In this document: positions 1 through 9,017 of the stretch, piece after piece
Numbering within the stretch: position 1 is the first letter of the stretch
Layout: every line of letters begins with the position of its first letter
Assembly (NCBI GenBank): GCA_005893305.1
Contig: VBOZ01000029.1
Location: forward strand, 169,072-233,071
Source: Candidatus Eiseniibacteriota bacterium
GTDB taxonomy: Bacteria > Eisenbacteria > RBG-16-71-46 > SZUA-252
Direction: 5' to 3'
Length of the DNA: 64,000 nt
Program-made: the position numbers and the translations under genes
Notes under the pieces: generated by a model
The model's database searches: none
Told to the model about the DNA's origin: nothing
What the model saw: only the letters and a program-made list of their open reading frames with translations

Positions 1-207
1 CAGGAGGACAGAGACGCTGTTCGCGTGCGACGTGACGAGATCCAGCGTGCCGTCCCCATTGAGATCTCCCACCTCGACGTGGCTGGGTTGGGATCCCGTA
101 GCGTACTGCGCCGGCGCTCCAAACGGCTGCCCCAAGGCTCCGCTTGGAATGAGCCCGATCAGGGAAATGGAGATGAGTAGCACGGTGGGCAGAGGGGTGC
201 GATTCAT
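1..207 (-). CDS. N-terminal fragment (gene runs off the window start) of a third FG-GAP repeat surface-protein paralog
   Basis: Minus-strand ATG at about 205-207 is preceded by AGGAGG. The N-terminus MNRTPLPTVLLISISLIGLIPSGALGQPF...DLNGDGTLDLVT has a signal peptide and an FG-GAP repeat. Nucleotides 1-180 are about 90% identical to 4393-4600, the 5' end of the paralog at 2551-4638. Confidence 0.75.
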   Translation of the reverse strand, partial: MNRTPLPTVLLISISLIGLIPSGALGQPFGAPAQYATGSQPSHVEVGDLNGDGTLDLVTSHANSVSVLL

Positions 208-293
208 GGCGAGTCCTCCTAGTGAGTAAGACCCTCCTCGCCTCGAATGCGGTGAAGTGCAAGTCCTTCACCGGACAAACACAAGCGTTGGCC

Positions 294-2360
294 CTACTTC
301 GTAAGCGTCACCTTCAGCACCGCGGACTGCGCTCCGCCGGCGAGCACCTGATCCGTTCTCACGAAGTAGATTCCCGACGATGCCTGCTGGTTCTGGTCAT
401 TCGCGCCGTCCCAACGCACCTCATGGGTGCCCGCCGCCGTCATCTCACCCTGCTTCAGCGTCCGAACGAGGCGGCCGTCCATCGAGTAGACGCGGAGCGT
501 GACCGGCCCCTCGCTCTTCACGGTGTATGAGATCGCCGTCTCTGGGTTGAACGGATTCGGTGAGGCCGATGTCATGATCGGTGCCGAGCCTGTGCCGCCG
601 GTTCGGAGGGTGACCGACTTCACGCCTTGGAGCGGCGCGGTCCCCGACGTTGTCTGGACCTCCCCGGCGACGATGATGTTCACGGTGCTGTTATTCGGAG
701 CACCGCTGAGCAGGTCCCGGACACACGATGTGGCGAAGCTGATCTGGTAGTCGGGTACGCCGTTCAGATCCATGTCGCCGATGGTACCCGTGCCAACCCG
801 GGTGTCGGCGGCGCACTCGGTGACCGCGCCGGGGGTCGGGTAGTCGGTCTTCAGGCGGAGCGTAGCGGCGTGTATCGATGAGTACGGCATCATGGTCTCC
901 TCGATGGCAACCTTGGTGGATCCCCTTCCGGTCGAGACATCGAGGACGGTGCCGTTGTTCTTGAGGACGACCGCGACCGGGACATCGGATCGGACCGTTG
1001 CGGTCGTGGAGTCGTCATCGGAAAGGCCGCCCGCGTCGGCCACATGGAGCATCACCGGGAAGACCCCCTCGGCGGGGTATGCGTGCGCGGGGGTCGGGCC
1101 AGAGGCGGTCTTGCCGTCCCCGAAATCCCAAGTGAACGCAAGCGCATCGCCGTTCGGATCGGACGAGGCGGTACCGTTGAAGTCGATGGACTGAGTCGCG
1201 AGCCCTGCGTACGGTCCGCGGGCGTTTGCCTCCGGAGCGCGGTTTCCGACGTTCAGCAGTACCGCCACGGAATTGGATGACGGGAGCGTGACCACGAGGT
1301 CGAGCCGCGAGTCGCCGTTCAGATCCGCCGGCGCGATGAATCCCGGGGCACCTCCCGTCTCGTACACATACTGCGCGTCTCTCCGCCCGTCGCCGGCGCC
1401 GGTGAGGATTGCGACGCCGCCGCTGTCCGGCAACGTCGATAGATCCAACAGCCCGTCGCCGTTGAAGTCGCCCTTGCCGAGCACACCGGGCGCGAAGGGA
1501 GACCCCCAGTCGATCACATCTCCGAACGTTCCGTCGCCGTTGCCCAACAGCACCGACAGGATGTGGACGTCGAAAACGACCGTTGCAAGATCCGATTTTC
1601 GGTCCCCGTTCAAGTCGCCGACCGCGATGATGTCCGGATCCCCGCCGGAGGGCACGTGGTAGACGGGCGTATATCCGCCGTAGCCAAAGGTGCCGTCGCC
1701 GTTTCCAAACAGCACCGTGATCCCTCCACCCTTCGAAAACGCGATATCCGGCTTCGAGTCTCCGTTCAGGTCGGTCACGGCGACCGAATAAGCGACGCCC
1801 CAGCGATCGTCGTCCGTCCTTGGCGCGAAGGTGCCGTCCCCATTGCCGAGAAAGACGGACACGATGCCAAAACCCACCACGACGACGTCCGGCTTAGAGT
1901 CCGCGTTCAGATCGGCGATCGCGAAAAACGTGGATGGTCCCTGTGGATTTGCCGTGGGGAAGTCGGCCCTCTCGCGAAACGACCCGTCGCCGTTGCCGAG
2001 GAGAACCGAGACGGCGGCTTGACCCAAGGTCAGCACGTCCAAGATCCCGTCCTGGTTCATGTCACTGACGAGGACACGGAACGGCCCCGTCCCCGTTGCG
2101 TATTCCCTGTGCGGCTGGAAGGCCCCGGTCCCGTCGCCCAAGAGGACGGAGACGATGCCCGATCCCTCGTGTGCCGTGACGAGATCCAGAGCGCCGTCCC
2201 CGTTGAGGTCGCCTACCGCAGCGTCCCCGGGGCCGAGCGCCGTTTCGAACTGCGTCGGCGCTCCGAACGGCTGGCCCGAAGCTCCGCTCGGGGCGAGTTC
2301 GATCAGCGAAATGGAAAGGAGCAGAGCGGTGGGTAGAGAGGTCCGATAGATTCCATTCAT
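294..2360 (-). CDS. Secreted FG-GAP/VCBS-repeat protein with a PKD-like domain and a C-terminal FlgD-Ig-like/T9SS-type sorting domain
   Basis: 688-aa ORF with signal peptide MNGIYRTSLPTALLLSISLIELAPSGASG and at least seven DLNGD(G/S)xxDL FG-GAP repeats. The C-terminus reads NPFNPETAISYTV...LRVYSMDGRLVRTL...HEVRWDGANDQ...SGIYFVRTD. AGGAGG ribosome-binding site upstream. Confidence 0.85.
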   Translation of the reverse strand: MNGIYRTSLPTALLLSISLIELAPSGASGQPFGAPTQFETALGPGDAAVGDLNGDGALDLVTAHEGSGIVSVLLGDGTGAFQPHREYATGTGPFRVLVSDMNQDGILDVLTLGQAAVSVLLGNGDGSFRERADFPTANPQGPSTFFAIADLNADSKPDVVVVGFGIVSVFLGNGDGTFAPRTDDDRWGVAYSVAVTDLNGDSKPDIAFSKGGGITVLFGNGDGTFGYGGYTPVYHVPSGGDPDIIAVGDLNGDRKSDLATVVFDVHILSVLLGNGDGTFGDVIDWGSPFAPGVLGKGDFNGDGLLDLSTLPDSGGVAILTGAGDGRRDAQYVYETGGAPGFIAPADLNGDSRLDLVVTLPSSNSVAVLLNVGNRAPEANARGPYAGLATQSIDFNGTASSDPNGDALAFTWDFGDGKTASGPTPAHAYPAEGVFPVMLHVADAGGLSDDDSTTATVRSDVPVAVVLKNNGTVLDVSTGRGSTKVAIEETMMPYSSIHAATLRLKTDYPTPGAVTECAADTRVGTGTIGDMDLNGVPDYQISFATSCVRDLLSGAPNNSTVNIIVAGEVQTTSGTAPLQGVKSVTLRTGGTGSAPIMTSASPNPFNPETAISYTVKSEGPVTLRVYSMDGRLVRTLKQGEMTAAGTHEVRWDGANDQNQQASSGIYFVRTDQVLAGGAQSAVLKVTLTK

Positions 2361-2465
2361 CGCGTCCTCCTAGCAGCCGCCCCCCAGCCCTGAAGGTGGC
2401 CGCGGCTCAAGTCCCCGTCCCGGTAGGAGGGGACGCGACGGATCGTACGGGACGCGCGTGCGAAC

Positions 2466-2507
2466 CGGTATTCGCTGGATTCCAGATCCGGCGATGAAAA
2501 ACTACTG
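2466..2507 (-). promoter_or_regulatory. Copy (a) of a conserved ~45-nt intergenic element (plus strand ATTCG..GGAT..GGCGATGAAAAACTAC), about 110 nt upstream of the minus-strand FG-GAP gene start
   Basis: Aligns with the copies at 4755-4799, 7844-7882 and 11408-11447, all in the same orientation relative to the downstream minus-strand genes. Confidence 0.5.
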
Positions 2508-2550
2508 ATGAGCCGGGCCGGGCGGTTTGGCCGCCTCCCCGGGCAATTCG

Positions 2551-4638
2551 TTATTTCGTAAGCGTTAGCTTCAGCACCGCGGACAGCTCCCTGTCGCCGA
2601 GCACCTGATCCGTCCTCACGAAGTAGATGCCCGACGAGACCGGCTCGCTCCGGTCGTTCGCGCCGTTCCACCACACTTCATGCGTGCCCGCCGTCGTCAT
2701 CTCTCCATGCTTCAGCGTCCGAATCAGGCGGCCGTCGATCGAGAAGATTCGCAGCGTAACCGGCCCCGCGCTGTTCACCGTGTACGAGATCGCCGTCTCC
2801 GGGTTGAACGGGTTCGGCGAGGCGGATGCGTGGATCGGCGCCGAGCTGTGGGCCGTGCGAACGGTGACCGTCTTCACGCCGCGGAGCGGCGCGGTGCCCG
2901 ACGAGGTCTCGACCTCTCCGGTGACGATGATGTTCGCCGTGGTGTTGTTCGGAGCCCCATCGAAGAGATCCCTGACACACGATTCGGCGAAGCTGATCAT
3001 GTAATCAGGTACACCATTCAGATTCATGTCGCCGAGAGTACTCGTGCCGGCCTTGATCTCGGCCGCGCACTCGGTGACGGTGCCGGGGGTAGGGTAGTCG
3101 GTCGTCAGGCGGAGTGAGGTGGCGACAATGGACGAGTAGGGGACCATGGCCTGCTCGACGGCCACCTTCGTGTATCCCCTCACCTTCCTGGCATCGAGGA
3201 CGGTTCCGTTGTTCTTGGCGATGATCGCGACCGGGACGTCGGATCGGACCGTGGCCGTCGTGGGGTCGTCGTCGGAGAGGCCGCCCGTGTCGGTGACCTG
3301 GAGGATTACCGGGAAGACGCCCTCCGCCGCGTAGGCATGCATGGGGGTCGGGCCCGTGGCCGTCCTGCCGTCTCCGAAGTCCCAGGCGTACGCCAGCGCG
3401 TCGCCGTCCGGGTCGGACGAGCCGGTACCGATGAACTCGATGCTCTGATTGACGAGCCCGGCGTACGGCCCTCGCGCGTTCGCCACCGGATAGCGGTTCC
3501 GAATGTTGAGCATTACGGCCACGGAATCGGCTCCTCGCAGGTTGGTGACAAGATCGAGCCGCCCGTCGCCGTCTAGATCTGCCGGCGCGGTGAACCCAGG
3601 AGGACCTCCCGCCGCGCACGCAACCTGGCCGTTTGTTCGGCCATCACCGGCCCCGAGGAAGACTTCGATGGCGTTCGGATTGGTGACCACAAGATCCAAG
3701 TGCCCGTCGCCGTTGAAGTCCCCCTTGGCAATATCATCTGTAGAGGATGACCCCCACTGGATGGGCTGCCCGAAACTACCGTCGCCATTGCCTAAGAGGG
3801 TAGCCATGACATCGATGTCGAAAACTCTCGTCGCCAGGTCCGTCTTACCGTCCCCGTTCAAGTCCCCGACCGCGATGATGTACGGTTCGCCGCCGGGGCG
3901 CGCAAGGGAGATTGCCGCGCCCCCGCAGCCCCGAAAGCTGCCGTCGCCATTCCCACACAACACAGTGACTCCACCGCCCTTCGGATACGCGAGGTCCTGA
4001 TTCGAGTCTCCGTTGAAATCAGCGACGGCGAGCGAATAAACCGGCCATCCCATATCGTTGTCCATCCTCGCGCCGAACGTGCCGTCTCCGTTTCCTAGGA
4101 AAATAGACAGGATGCCCCAGCCGGCCACGATGGCGTCCAGTTTTGAGTCGCCGTTTAGATCGGCTACCGCTAAGAGGAATGGCGATTGGCCGTAAACGCC
4201 CGCTCTCGTGGCGTAGTCGGTCCTTGGGCCGAACGACCCGTCCCCGTTGCCGAGGAGGACAGAGAGGGCCGAGCCGCTCAGAATCAGCAAGTCGAGCTTC
4301 CCGTCCTGGTTTAGATCACCCATCCGGAGCGAGCCGGTGACGCCCGTTGGATAGTCCACGTGCGCCCCGAAAGCCCCGTTTCCGGTGCCCAGGAGGACAG
4401 AGACGCTGTTCGCGTGCGACGTGACGAGATCCAGCGTACCGTCCCCATTGAGATCTCCCACCTCGACGTGGCTGGGTTGGGACCCTGTTGCGTAGTGCGC
4501 CGGCGCTGCGAACGGCTGGCCCGGCGCTCGGCTTGGAGAGAGTCCGATCAGGGAGACGGAGAAGAGCAGGATGGCGGATAGCGTGTGGTTCCTCGGCTCG
4601 CCCCCCGCAGGGCGGCGCCGATTGGAGAAACCGATCAT
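2551..4638 (-). CDS. Secreted FG-GAP/VCBS-repeat protein with a PKD-like domain and a C-terminal FlgD-Ig-like/T9SS-type sorting domain (tandem paralog)
   Basis: Full-length paralog of 294-2360, co-linear with it. The internal Met (MIGFSNRRR...) matches the paralog N-termini; the track ORF runs to 4725. Confidence 0.8.
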   Translation of the reverse strand: MIGFSNRRRPAGGEPRNHTLSAILLFSVSLIGLSPSRAPGQPFAAPAHYATGSQPSHVEVGDLNGDGTLDLVTSHANSVSVLLGTGNGAFGAHVDYPTGVTGSLRMGDLNQDGKLDLLILSGSALSVLLGNGDGSFGPRTDYATRAGVYGQSPFLLAVADLNGDSKLDAIVAGWGILSIFLGNGDGTFGARMDNDMGWPVYSLAVADFNGDSNQDLAYPKGGGVTVLCGNGDGSFRGCGGAAISLARPGGEPYIIAVGDLNGDGKTDLATRVFDIDVMATLLGNGDGSFGQPIQWGSSSTDDIAKGDFNGDGHLDLVVTNPNAIEVFLGAGDGRTNGQVACAAGGPPGFTAPADLDGDGRLDLVTNLRGADSVAVMLNIRNRYPVANARGPYAGLVNQSIEFIGTGSSDPDGDALAYAWDFGDGRTATGPTPMHAYAAEGVFPVILQVTDTGGLSDDDPTTATVRSDVPVAIIAKNNGTVLDARKVRGYTKVAVEQAMVPYSSIVATSLRLTTDYPTPGTVTECAAEIKAGTSTLGDMNLNGVPDYMISFAESCVRDLFDGAPNNTTANIIVTGEVETSSGTAPLRGVKTVTVRTAHSSAPIHASASPNPFNPETAISYTVNSAGPVTLRIFSIDGRLIRTLKHGEMTTAGTHEVWWNGANDRSEPVSSGIYFVRTDQVLGDRELSAVLKLTLTK

Positions 4639-4754
4639 GTCAGCCCCCCAGGCCAATCGGGAGCGGCCGCCCGGCGGATCCCCCGACCCCCACGGCCGTT
4701 CCTCGACGTTGGTTTCCTTCGCCACTTGAGTGTAGGACGGGCCGCCGGGGAGGA

Positions 4755-4799
4755 CTATTCGGAAGAATACGGAATCGAGGTAGAAAATCTACGTAGCGG
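4755..4799 (-). promoter_or_regulatory. Copy (d), the most diverged, of the conserved intergenic element (CTATTCGGAAGAATACGGAATCGAGGTAGAAAATCTACG)
   Basis: About 120 nt upstream of the 2551-4638 gene start. Aligns to the other copies with the pattern ATTCG-N-GGA-N-CGGA-N-GAGGWWGAAAAWCTACG. Confidence 0.45.
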
Positions 4800-4905
4800 G
4801 GTGCCGCCGGGGTTGATAGCCAAAACAAGTTGCGACGGGGCACCGATGGGAGTAAGAAGTAGGTGGTAGGGCATTGGGGGACGTGCCGGTTTCTTACCTC
4901 GGAGG

Positions 4906-6105
4906 TTGGAGATCATGGTGAAGTGGATACTCTCAGCCCTGCTTACGGTTGTCGCGGTCGCAGGCCTCACGCAAGCGGCGGATGCGCAGTACATGTACAT
5001 GGACGCGAACGGGAACGGGGTTCATGACACGGGCGATCGGCTGAACGCGAACAACGACTCGACCTTCGTGGATATCTACTTGAGCACGACGCTGAACCGC
5101 AACGGGAGCGCGGTCACCTGCAATACCCTGCCCGCTGCCGCGATGGACATCAACTCGTACGCCTTCAGCATCGTGGCGACCGGCGGCACCGTGACGTATG
5201 GGACCTACGTCAACCGGCAGCCGGCTGCGTTCCCGAACCACGCAGAGGTGCTGAACCCGGGGGACGGGACGTACAAGGACGCGTTCTACTCGTTCTCCTA
5301 TACGCCGGGGGGCCTATTTAGGCTTGGGACGTTGACGATCACCGGCACGAGCGGGGCTCCCGCGATCACATTTGTGGATTTGATCACTGGGGCCCAGGAC
5401 TATACGTCGTTCGGGACGGAGTGTCCTGGGATAGGCGGCGACAACACGTACCGGCTGGACGGGCCGAACACGCAGGCCTTCTACGGCGTCCCTGGGGACT
5501 GGTTCGACACCGACGGCCTCGCCCGGAGCACGACCGCGGTCTCCGTCGCGCTCCAGGACGCGCAGGCCGAGGCAGGGCTTGTTCGCCTTCGCTGGATCGT
5601 CCCGGACGCGCGGAGCTCGGTCTCGATGGTGGAGCGGCGTACCGCGATCAGCGATTGGGCGACTCTGGGGCAGGCCGACGTGGAGAGCGGCGGCTATGTC
5701 CGTTACGAGGACCGGTCGGTGACCCCGGGCGAGCGCTACGCGTACCGGCTCTTCGTCCAGTCTCCGACGGACAATGGGTATTCGAACGAGGTATGGGTCT
5801 TGGTGCCCTCGGACGCGGCTGCTCCGCTCGCATTGCAGCTCGACCCCGTCTACCCGAATCCGTTCCAAACCGAGACCCGGTTCAACTTCGCGGTTCCTCG
5901 GTCCGGATCCGTCCGGCTGACCATATTCGACGTGCGCGGACGACGGGTCGCGACGGTTGTGGAGCGCGCGTTGCCCTCGGGTTGGCGCTCCGTGGCATGG
6001 AATGGCAGGGACCACTTGGGCAGGCCCGTTCCGTCGGGCACGTACTTCGCCAAGCTGGAACAGGCCGGAAAAGTCCAGATGCGGAAGATCGTCGTCGCGA
6101 GGTAA
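4906..6105 (+). CDS. Secreted hypothetical protein with a fibronectin-III-like segment and a C-terminal FlgD-Ig-like/T9SS-type sorting domain
   Basis: Signal peptide MEIMVKWILSALLTVVAVAGLTQAADA. C-terminus reads DPVYPNPFQTETRFNFAVP..VRLTIFDVRGRRVATV...WNGRDHLGRPVPSGTYFAKL. Confidence 0.75.
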   Translation: MEIMVKWILSALLTVVAVAGLTQAADAQYMYMDANGNGVHDTGDRLNANNDSTFVDIYLSTTLNRNGSAVTCNTLPAAAMDINSYAFSIVATGGTVTYGTYVNRQPAAFPNHAEVLNPGDGTYKDAFYSFSYTPGGLFRLGTLTITGTSGAPAITFVDLITGAQDYTSFGTECPGIGGDNTYRLDGPNTQAFYGVPGDWFDTDGLARSTTAVSVALQDAQAEAGLVRLRWIVPDARSSVSMVERRTAISDWATLGQADVESGGYVRYEDRSVTPGERYAYRLFVQSPTDNGYSNEVWVLVPSDAAAPLALQLDPVYPNPFQTETRFNFAVPRSGSVRLTIFDVRGRRVATVVERALPSGWRSVAWNGRDHLGRPVPSGTYFAKLEQAGKVQMRKIVVAR

Positions 6106-6135
6106 CGCCGGGGCCGCATCTCAGCGGCAGCGCCG

Positions 6136-6900
6136 CTAGGCGCCGTACAGCCCGTTCGAGCTGAACGGATACCCCTGGCCGTCGCGGAAGAGCATCCTTT
6201 GGAGCGAGACCTCCCGCGCGCTCGGCTCCACGAGCTGGTCGGGGAAGAGGATCGTCTGTCCGACCTCCACGGCGACGATATCCGTCTTCCCCACACCACA
6301 TAGGTGGCTGCCCCAAGCCTCGCCACCCTCGCCGAACATGCAGCGAATCAGGATTCCGCGGCCGAAGACGAGCTTCCCGCCGATGGTCGTGCACCGCGTG
6401 GAATATCTCCCGTCGGTCGTAATCTCCGCCACGAGCGTGGCGGGCACGCGGACGGATAGCCCGAATTCACGCGGCTCGCCGTCTTCCTGGCGCCCCAGGT
6501 TGCAGGCTTCGGCCAGCGGTGCACCCGAGGAATCGCGTATCTGAATCTGCAGAGGCGAGTGCCGGGTAATTCGAAGCGGCGGAGTCGACGATGCCGCCAC
6601 GAACCATTCACCCGGAGGGATGAGGATGGCCTCGGTCGCGATGCTCCCGCCATCTCGGTTGGCATGCTTCTTGGCAAACGTGAGCATCGCGCTGACCCCC
6701 GGCAGCACGATCGCCCCTTCGAGGGTCAACGTAGAGCCAAGCGGAGCGCCATGACCCGCCTCGCGGATCGAGGCCTGCACCTGAAGCGGCATCGAGACGT
6801 TCGCGGCGATCCGAACCGTCCGGTTGACATCCGGGTCCCGGTGGGGGATCCGGCGAAACGCGGGCGCTATCGACTGAGACATCACGTGGGTTGACATCAT
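6136..6900 (-). CDS. Hypothetical protein B of a duplicated two-gene cassette; paralog of 8043-9002; faint PilZ-like motif arrangement
   Basis: 254-aa ORF lying 9 nt downstream of A. Residues shared with B' include SMP.QVQ, TL.GA.VL, LIPPGEWF, TIGG.LVF.RGIL..CM and IGQT...PDQ. An RRIPHR motif is followed about 37 aa later by TLTLEGAIV. Confidence 0.65.
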   Translation of the reverse strand: MMSTHVMSQSIAPAFRRIPHRDPDVNRTVRIAANVSMPLQVQASIREAGHGAPLGSTLTLEGAIVLPGVSAMLTFAKKHANRDGGSIATEAILIPPGEWFVAASSTPPLRITRHSPLQIQIRDSSGAPLAEACNLGRQEDGEPREFGLSVRVPATLVAEITTDGRYSTRCTTIGGKLVFGRGILIRCMFGEGGEAWGSHLCGVGKTDIVAVEVGQTILFPDQLVEPSAREVSLQRMLFRDGQGYPFSSNGLYGA

Positions 6901-6909
6901 GACTGGCTC

Positions 6910-7752
6910 CTAATGAACGGGATACGCCGGCGCCACGGTGGAAGTGGAAGCCGTGACGCAACCGTTTTGCATCTCGGCGAGGCCCGGCTGCGCCCTTCCC
7001 AGGAGCGACTCGCCTCCCGTGATCTGCCCGATCCCATCCAGGAATGCGAGGTAGATCCAGGAGTCTCGGCCCAGTGGGGACCGAAGCGGCCGCGGGGGAA
7101 GATGAATGATGGTGTCGTCCGGGACGAGCGGCACTTCGACGGCCGCCTCCTGCTGGCCCGCGTCGACTCCCGATGAGTCGCTCGGCGACAGCGTGAGCCG
7201 GGCCCTGATGCCGGACCGGATGGAGACGTCGCCGGACATCGCGAGGTCGGAGATCGGATTCAGATCGAACACCTCGCCCCTGACGACCATCGCGTCGACG
7301 AAGAGGTTGAGTGGAAGAGACGGGTTCAGGTCGAACGGCCCCTGATCGCACCGGCCCAAGCGGGTCCGGGGGGCGAGCGGGGATCCGCCGCCGACGTACT
7401 GGATCCAGAGATCCGGTGGACGCCCCACTTCCGCCCAGTCGAGTGCCTGAGGCTGAATCGACAGGGATCGGTCGTGGAGGAGCGCGATCCGCTCGCTGGA
7501 TGTTTCCTCGAGCGGAAGGGAAGTGCCGCGCTCGACCCTGCGGTAAGTCAGCCGCGCGCCGAATCCACCGGCCTTGATCGTGCCTCCCACCGTCACGCGC
7601 CCGCCCGGTCCGCCGCGGAGCGCGCCCGGGCTCATCGTGGGCTCGATGTGCAGGGCCATGGGGATCGTGACCGGCACGAATCGCATGATCCGCAGTACAG
7701 CTGAACTCGTCACGTCCAAGGGTTGCTCGCGCTGCGTGATCACCCTTGCCAT
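6910..7752 (-). CDS. Hypothetical protein A of the duplicated two-gene cassette; paralog of 9018-9917
   Basis: Start MARVITQ is preceded by AAGGAG. Residues shared with A' include LRIMRF.PVTIP, VGGTI.A.GFGARLTY, SERIALLHDR, GRPPDLWIQ, TRLGRCDQGPFDL and PIGRDSWIY. The track ORF extends to 7995, probably as a read-through artefact. Confidence 0.7.
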   Translation of the reverse strand: MARVITQREQPLDVTSSAVLRIMRFVPVTIPMALHIEPTMSPGALRGGPGGRVTVGGTIKAGGFGARLTYRRVERGTSLPLEETSSERIALLHDRSLSIQPQALDWAEVGRPPDLWIQYVGGGSPLAPRTRLGRCDQGPFDLNPSLPLNLFVDAMVVRGEVFDLNPISDLAMSGDVSIRSGIRARLTLSPSDSSGVDAGQQEAAVEVPLVPDDTIIHLPPRPLRSPLGRDSWIYLAFLDGIGQITGGESLLGRAQPGLAEMQNGCVTASTSTVAPAYPVH

Positions 7753-7843
7753 TGTGTGTCTCCTTTCATCACCTGGCGATTCGGCCGCCAACCGCTCCTC
7801 GTCCCCATACGGAAGGAAGTATCGCCACGGGGAGAAGGAGCCG

Positions 7844-7882
7844 CCATTCGATGGATTGCGGACTTGAGGATGAAAAACTACG
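7844..7882 (-). promoter_or_regulatory. Copy (b) of the conserved intergenic element (CCATTCGATGGATTGCGGACTTGAGGATGAAAAACTACGG) between B' and A
   Basis: About 95-130 nt upstream of the A start codon. The downstream ATACTTCCTTCCGTATGG also matches the sequence around the TPR gene start codon (ATACTTCCTTACGTATGG). Confidence 0.5.
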
Positions 7883-8042
7883 GATGGTTCGGGTTGCGAT
7901 TTGCAAGGAGAACGCGGGCCGAGTTGGCGAATGCGATGAAGATCGCGCCCAAAAGGGGTGAGCGCCGGATGCTTGGTCGCCACTCCCGACGACATGGGTC
8001 ATCCGGCGCTCCGGAAGGCATCCATTTTTTGCGAGTTTCAGA

Positions 8043-9002
8043 TCAAATAGAACCACCTCCTCTCCAAGGTTTCCCGTTCCGAGCACCCGCGCGAGGGACG
8101 AATCGCCCCAGGGGGTGCCCGAGTCCGTCCAAGAAGGAGATCGCGCGCAACGGATGAGCGGGTGTCGTCCTCGACATCGGCTGATCGGGGATGCGAACAG
8201 TCTGGCCGATCGGAATCGCAACGGCTTCGGTGGCGGCGACCAGGGGCTCGTCGTCGTACCGATCCGGCTCGCGCCACGGATACATGCAGTGCGCGAGGAT
8301 GCCGCGGAGAAACACGAGGTTGCCGCCAATGGTGGACCGAGAGCTCGGCACGAGAGACAAGGTGTCTGTCGCGATCTCCACCGTCACCGCCACGGGGACG
8401 TGGAAGGAAAGCGCGAATCCATGCGGCTCTCGGTCACAAGGTCCGACCTCGCAGGTCTCGGAGATGCGGGTGCCGTCCCCGTCGTGGAATCGAATGCGGA
8501 TCGGCGCACCGGGATCGATCGGGGCGCGGCTGGCCGCCGCCGCGACCGTGAACCATTCGCCGGGCGGGATCAGCGTCATCGTGTTCTGTTTGAAGCGGTC
8601 CGCGTTGAAATGACTCTGGTGGGCGTCCCGTCCGAAGCTGAGTACCGCAGCCAGCCCCGCGAGGACGACGGCGCCATCCAGGGTCACCCGGAACCCATGG
8701 GGATCGTGGCATTCCGTGAGGCGGACCGATCCCTGTACCTGTACGGGCATCGAGAGAGCAGCGGAGAAGCGCAGCATCCGAGACCGGTCCGAGCCGGGGT
8801 GAATTCTCTGTCGGTTCGATTCAGGTACGAGTGGGTGCGCCGCGTGCATTCTCTCCATGAGTCCTCCCGTTCCTATCGCGAATGCGTGAGCTCCATCTCT
8901 CGCATCGATCAATCTTCCGTGGCGATGCAGCCGGCGGTTCCGGTCTCGTGGGCGCGTAGCCCCGCTGGGGACACTCGGAGAGCTATAGGTCGGGTCCGCC
9001 AC
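8043..9002 (-). CDS. Hypothetical protein B' (paralog of 6136-6900)
   Basis: Clear paralogy to B. The true start may be the internal MERMHAAHP (about 8858), which has a GGGAGG ribosome-binding site; the longer track ORF begins 15 nt after the A' stop. Confidence 0.6.
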   Translation of the reverse strand: MADPTYSSPSVPSGATRPRDRNRRLHRHGRLIDARDGAHAFAIGTGGLMERMHAAHPLVPESNRQRIHPGSDRSRMLRFSAALSMPVQVQGSVRLTECHDPHGFRVTLDGAVVLAGLAAVLSFGRDAHQSHFNADRFKQNTMTLIPPGEWFTVAAAASRAPIDPGAPIRIRFHDGDGTRISETCEVGPCDREPHGFALSFHVPVAVTVEIATDTLSLVPSSRSTIGGNLVFLRGILAHCMYPWREPDRYDDEPLVAATEAVAIPIGQTVRIPDQPMSRTTPAHPLRAISFLDGLGHPLGRFVPRAGARNGKPWRGGGSI

Positions 9003-9017
9003 ACGGGTTCCTGGACG

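Noticed and set aside
7723-8157. 144-aa plus-strand ORF (contains MKNYGWF...) in the B'/A intergenic region
   Set aside because: It overlaps the conserved intergenic element. The ATGAAAAACTAC 'MKNY' start is kept in two copies but is AGG in copy (c), so conservation is at the nucleotide level. Most likely a non-coding regulatory element.
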